A stretch of 37,795 bases of DNA, taken from Campylobacterota bacterium. GTDB taxonomy: Bacteria > Campylobacterota > Campylobacteria > Campylobacterales > Sulfurovaceae. Under the pieces are notes generated by a model that was not told where the DNA came from, made no database searches, and was given only the letters and a program-made list of their open reading frames with translations. The position numbers and the translations under genes are program-made. Of the stretch, positions 34,338 through 37,795 are shown one piece after another. The stretch spans positions 19,595 to 57,389 of the forward strand of contig JAYEOH010000027.1 of NCBI GenBank assembly GCA_034722775.1, written 5' to 3'. Position 1 is the stretch's first letter. Each line of letters begins with the position of its first letter.

Positions 34338-37209
34338 TCATATCTTTCAGCAAGCTCCCCATAACACCCGATGGCATGGGTTTTCCATAGAGATATCCCT
34401 GCATGTTCATACAGCCATTTGCCACCAAAAACTCTCTCTGCATCTGAGTTTCAACTCCTTCTGCAACGACCTCAATATCCAAACTCCGGGAGAGAGAGAT
34501 TACCGCCTTGGTCATGGCAGCATTTTCCTTATTGTGTGACATACTCTGCACAAGCGACTTGTCAATCTTCAGCTTATTGATAGGAAGAGCCTTGAGATGC
34601 GAGAGTGACGAGTAGCCTATTCCAAAATCATCTATAGTCAACTTGATCCCCCTGCTGTCAATCTGCCTGAGAATCTCTAAAATATCGTCGGAGTTCGCCA
34701 TAACTTCGTTCTCTATGAATTCAAACTCAAGCCATTCAGGCTTGATGCCTGTCTCCCTCATATTTTCGTCAAGTTTCGTGAGGAATCCCGGCTCTAGAAA
34801 CTGTCTGGCTGTAATATTAAGTGCCAGCACACCTGGATTGAGACCGGCACTATACCACTGTGCCATTTGCCCCATAGCCCTCTTCATTACCCACAGATCC
34901 AGCGGAACGATCAATCCGGTTGTCTCTGCAATTTTCATGAATCTATCCGGAGCTATCAAGCCCATTGTGGGGTGCTGCCATCTTACCAATGCCTCGACTC
35001 CTGTCACTTTCCCGCTTTTTCCGTTGATTTGCGGCTGATAGTAGACAAGAAACTCTTTCTCCTCCAGTGCCTGATGAAGGCTCGACGCCATCTCGATATG
35101 CTCCAGTGCCATAGCTGTCATCTCTTTCGAGTAGAACTGAAAATTATTTCGCCCCTGCTCCTTCGCTTTATACATAGCAGCATCGGCATATTTTAAAAGA
35201 TTTCCGATATCTGCATCATCCCGAGGATAAAAACTGATACCGATACTCGCGGTGACATATAGCTTGTGCTCATCAATATCTATCGATTTCACCAAAGAGT
35301 CAAGAATCTTTTGTGCCAATAGTGATGCATCTTTCACCTCATTCATATCTTCCGCCAGTACGGTAAATTCATCGCCTCCCAGGCGCGCCAGAGTATCTTC
35401 TTTGCGAAGAATACTTTTGAGTCGATGCGCAACTGTCCGGAGGACTTCATCACCGACTTTGTGTCCCAGAGAGTCATTGATCTCCTTGAATTTATCCAGA
35501 TCTATAAAGAAGAGTGCGAAGAGTTTATTGTTTCGGTCGGCTCTTTGAGTAGCTTGAGATACTCTATCCTCAAAGAGCAGACGGTTTGGCAGACTCGTCA
35601 GGGTATCGTAGTGTGCCTGATAATTTAAGACTTTTTTTTGCTTCCGAAGTTCATCCTGTACCGACAAATGCTCCGTGATATCCCTGGAGGATTCTATGAT
35701 ACCGGTACAGTTGCCATCCTCATCAAAAATGGGTGATGAGACAATCTCTACCTTTCGTACATTTCCATTTTTATCTTTGTGCGTATGGACCGTCGTGATA
35801 TTCTTGCAACTCTCCATCACCTCTTTTAGAGGACAGGGGTTTTCAAGCCCGTAACAAGGTGTAGAGCGTCCATAAAGCTCATAGCACTTTGGGTGCTCAG
35901 GATCGGATACCAGGCTAAAATCAAAACTTTCTCGTGAAGCTTTATTCATGAGATCGACCACATAATCATCTCTGATCACCATAATCGGATCTCTCACACC
36001 ATCGATGATAGACTGAAGATAGTCATGCTGCTTTCGTAAAAGAACCTCTGCCTCTTTTCGATTGCTGATATCCTGCGAATAGCCTATCATTCCCTGAGGC
36101 TCTCCATTTTCATCCAGCAAGAGAGAGAGTGAGAGGTCAACAAAAATAATCTCTTTTGAAGCCTTGAGCAGGCGTGCAGTTGTATGGTGCTCGCCATTTT
36201 TTTTGATCAGCTCAATACTTTTCGCAAGAGTTTCGGACTCCTCTTTAGGGTAAACCATCGAAATATGCTTCCCGATAGCCTCTTTTTGAGTATACCCCAA
36301 AAGCAGCTCTGATCCTCTATTCCAGCTGGTGATTAGCCCTTCAAGATCGGTTGATATGATAGAGTCATGCACCTGATCAATAATCTCTGCCTGCTGGGAA
36401 TATTTGAGCTGCAGCTCTTTCTCTTCTGTGATATCCGTATGCGTACCGATCATACGAATAGCTTTGCCGCTCTCGTCATAGTGTATCTGCGCCCTGCCCA
36501 AGACCCAAACCCAGTGCCCATCTTTGTGCATCAGGCGATGATTCATTTCAAAATCTTCTCTTCTCTCCGCCAAGCACTTTTTGAGCAAGGCAAAAACTGC
36601 ATTTTTATCATCCGGATGCACACGCTGTCTCCAGGTTAGGACACGATTTGGCAACTCTTCATCCGTAAATCCAAGCATCTCTTTCCAGTTGGGAGAGATA
36701 TAAAAATCAACATTAGTAAAAGACCAATCCAAAATCGAGGTACTGCTCCCCGCAAGAGCCAGATCCATACGCTCCTTGAGAAATAGATTTTTTTTCACTT
36801 CATCTTTGAGTTGTATCTTTCCTATGACATTATTCAGGGCACCGGCGAATTGCTCCAAGTCAAAAGGTTTGAGCAGATACCCGTCAACTCCCATTTTTAT
36901 ACTGCTGACAAAAAAGTTTGATTCGGTATAGGCTGAAAATATCAATATAGCGATACTTTTGTCCGTCTCCCTGATCTTCTCGATCATCTCCAAGCCATTG
37001 AGTCGGGGCATGTTGATGTCAGTGATGATCAAATTCACATCACTGTTTTTAAATTTCTCAAGCCCCTCTTCTCCATCGACTGCTATGATAATATCCTGAA
37101 AAAACTCTTCCAGGATGAGACTGATCGACTCTCTTGTTTCATCATTGTCTTCTACATACAATAGTTTAATATTACGACTCTGCCTTGCAAGCTTCTCTAT
37201 CTCGATCAT
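34315..37209 (-). CDS. response-regulator receiver - triple PAS - GGDEF - EAL protein (c-di-GMP turnover)
   Basis: REC (LLYVEDNDE...NLIITDINMPRLNG) and three PAS/PAC units. GGDEF is intact (RLGGDEF), with an RxxD I-site (RKED) 5 residues upstream. The EAL motifs are intact (EALVRW, DDFGIGYSSL, KIDKSLV, EGVET). Confidence 0.9.
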   Translation of the reverse strand: MIEIEKLARQSRNIKLLYVEDNDETRESISLILEEFFQDIIIAVDGEEGLEKFKNSDVNLIITDINMPRLNGLEMIEKIRETDKSIAILIFSAYTESNFFVSSIKMGVDGYLLKPFDLEQFAGALNNVIGKIQLKDEVKKNLFLKERMDLALAGSSTSILDWSFTNVDFYISPNWKEMLGFTDEELPNRVLTWRQRVHPDDKNAVFALLKKCLAERREDFEMNHRLMHKDGHWVWVLGRAQIHYDESGKAIRMIGTHTDITEEKELQLKYSQQAEIIDQVHDSIISTDLEGLITSWNRGSELLLGYTQKEAIGKHISMVYPKEESETLAKSIELIKKNGEHHTTARLLKASKEIIFVDLSLSLLLDENGEPQGMIGYSQDISNRKEAEVLLRKQHDYLQSIIDGVRDPIMVIRDDYVVDLMNKASRESFDFSLVSDPEHPKCYELYGRSTPCYGLENPCPLKEVMESCKNITTVHTHKDKNGNVRKVEIVSSPIFDEDGNCTGIIESSRDITEHLSVQDELRKQKKVLNYQAHYDTLTSLPNRLLFEDRVSQATQRADRNNKLFALFFIDLDKFKEINDSLGHKVGDEVLRTVAHRLKSILRKEDTLARLGGDEFTVLAEDMNEVKDASLLAQKILDSLVKSIDIDEHKLYVTASIGISFYPRDDADIGNLLKYADAAMYKAKEQGRNNFQFYSKEMTAMALEHIEMASSLHQALEEKEFLVYYQPQINGKSGKVTGVEALVRWQHPTMGLIAPDRFMKIAETTGLIVPLDLWVMKRAMGQMAQWYSAGLNPGVLALNITARQFLEPGFLTKLDENMRETGIKPEWLEFEFIENEVMANSDDILEILRQIDSRGIKLTIDDFGIGYSSLSHLKALPINKLKIDKSLVQSMSHNKENAAMTKAVISLSRSLDIEVVAEGVETQMQREFLVANGCMNMQGYLYGKPMPSGVMGSLLKDMNGENSDA

Positions 37210-37795
37210 AACTTTCCTTTCAATACTATCTTAAATACTGCACCATGACTGCTGTTGGCTACACTGAGCTTGCCGCCGCAATGCTCTTCGATAATGGTTT
37301 TGCTCATATATAGACCCAATCCCGTCCCATTTTTCTCCTGCTTGGTTGTGAAATAGGGGTCAAAGATCGTGTCGATGATCTCCGGGGGAATACCGCCGCC
37401 ATTATCACTTACGAGGATAACGATATCACTGTTATCTACTTTGAGAGATATTTCGACTGTTTTTTCTTTGACAGCACTACTGTCTGCCAGCGCATCTTTC
37501 GCATTGTTCAATATACTTACGAGAACCTGCCCCAACTCATGAGGGAACCCCTTGATGGAGATATTTTCCCCAAGATCCAACCTCAGCAATATCCCCTGGT
37601 GTTCAAGAATTGGTTTCATCAACTCAGCCGCATGATAAATCGGCTCGCATATTCCAAAGTTTTCCACTTCCCTGTCGGGCTTAAAAAAATCCCTGAAATC
37701 ATCGATCGTTTGAGACATCTGATCTATCTGTTTTTTACTATCAAGGCTCAATTTGTCCATCAGTGTACTGTCCATCTTGCCCATCTTGTATTTGA
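37206..37795 (-). CDS. sensor histidine kinase, C-terminal part only (gene continues beyond the window edge)
   Basis: HATPase_c region (DNGGGIPPEIIDTIFDPYFTTKQEKNGTGLGLYMSKTIIEEHCGGKL), paralogous to the 31387-32712 kinase. No H-box lies within the window, so the 5' end is outside it. The stop overlaps the next start (ATGA). Confidence 0.8.
   Translation of the reverse strand, partial: KYKMGKMDSTLMDKLSLDSKKQIDQMSQTIDDFRDFFKPDREVENFGICEPIYHAAELMKPILEHQGILLRLDLGENISIKGFPHELGQVLVSILNNAKDALADSSAVKEKTVEISLKVDNSDIVILVSDNGGGIPPEIIDTIFDPYFTTKQEKNGTGLGLYMSKTIIEEHCGGKLSVANSSHGAVFKIVLKGKL

Noticed and set aside
1-37795. Search for CRISPR arrays, transposases, integrases, phage genes, toxin-antitoxin pairs or known defence-system genes
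   Set aside because: I saw no regularly spaced direct repeats and no ORF with recombinase, nuclease, helicase or methylase hallmarks. Every large ORF has a housekeeping, respiratory or signalling assignment. The window looks like core chromosome, not an accessory island.

Overview
The window looks like core chromosome from a denitrifying member of the Campylobacterota. This assignment is an inference from the napAGHBFLD-type gene order and the rpsB-tsf-ABC ATPase synteny, and the sequence looks Sulfurovum/Nitratifractor-like. Almost all of it is coding and most genes are on the minus strand.

Content in order:
- rpsB-tsf and an ABC ATPase.
- A plus-strand cluster: a periplasmic-binding-domain/SpoIIE-like membrane protein, a stand-alone Aer/CetB-type PAS protein and three uncharacterised polytopic membrane proteins.
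- bcp, a trypsin-like protease, DUF523, DUF420 and an aldehyde dehydrogenase.
- A complete periplasmic nitrate reductase operon (napA-G-H-B-F-orf-L-D-orf-orf).
- A DUF2249 / 12-TM / DUF59 operon.
- A haem d1 biosynthesis set (SirC-like, fused NirDL-type siroheme decarboxylase, CobA/NirE, NirF-like, NirJ, small cytochrome c), with no nirS in the window, plus a Crp/Fnr-family regulator.
- A ClC channel.
- A translationally coupled four-gene His-kinase / c-di-GMP signalling operon that runs off the right edge.

I saw no rRNA, tRNA, CRISPR array, transposase, integrase or recognisable defence system.

Most noteworthy observations:
1. Four TTGAT-N4-ATCAA-like palindromes, each 9/10 to the consensus. 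All four are intergenic and spaced 21-23 nt from a -10-like hexamer. They appear to tie nap, the DUF2249 operon and the d1 genes to the local E--SR-type Crp/Fnr regulator.
2. A roughly 260-nt, heavily self-complementary intergenic element at 11054-11315 that I cannot assign to any known RNA family.
3. A perfect 26-bp inverted repeat that fills the tsf/ABC gap.
4. Three unassigned small ORFs embedded in the nap operon.
5. An orphan Aer-type PAS protein among unknown membrane proteins.

I found no compelling, entirely new multi-gene system. The items above are candidates, not demonstrations.
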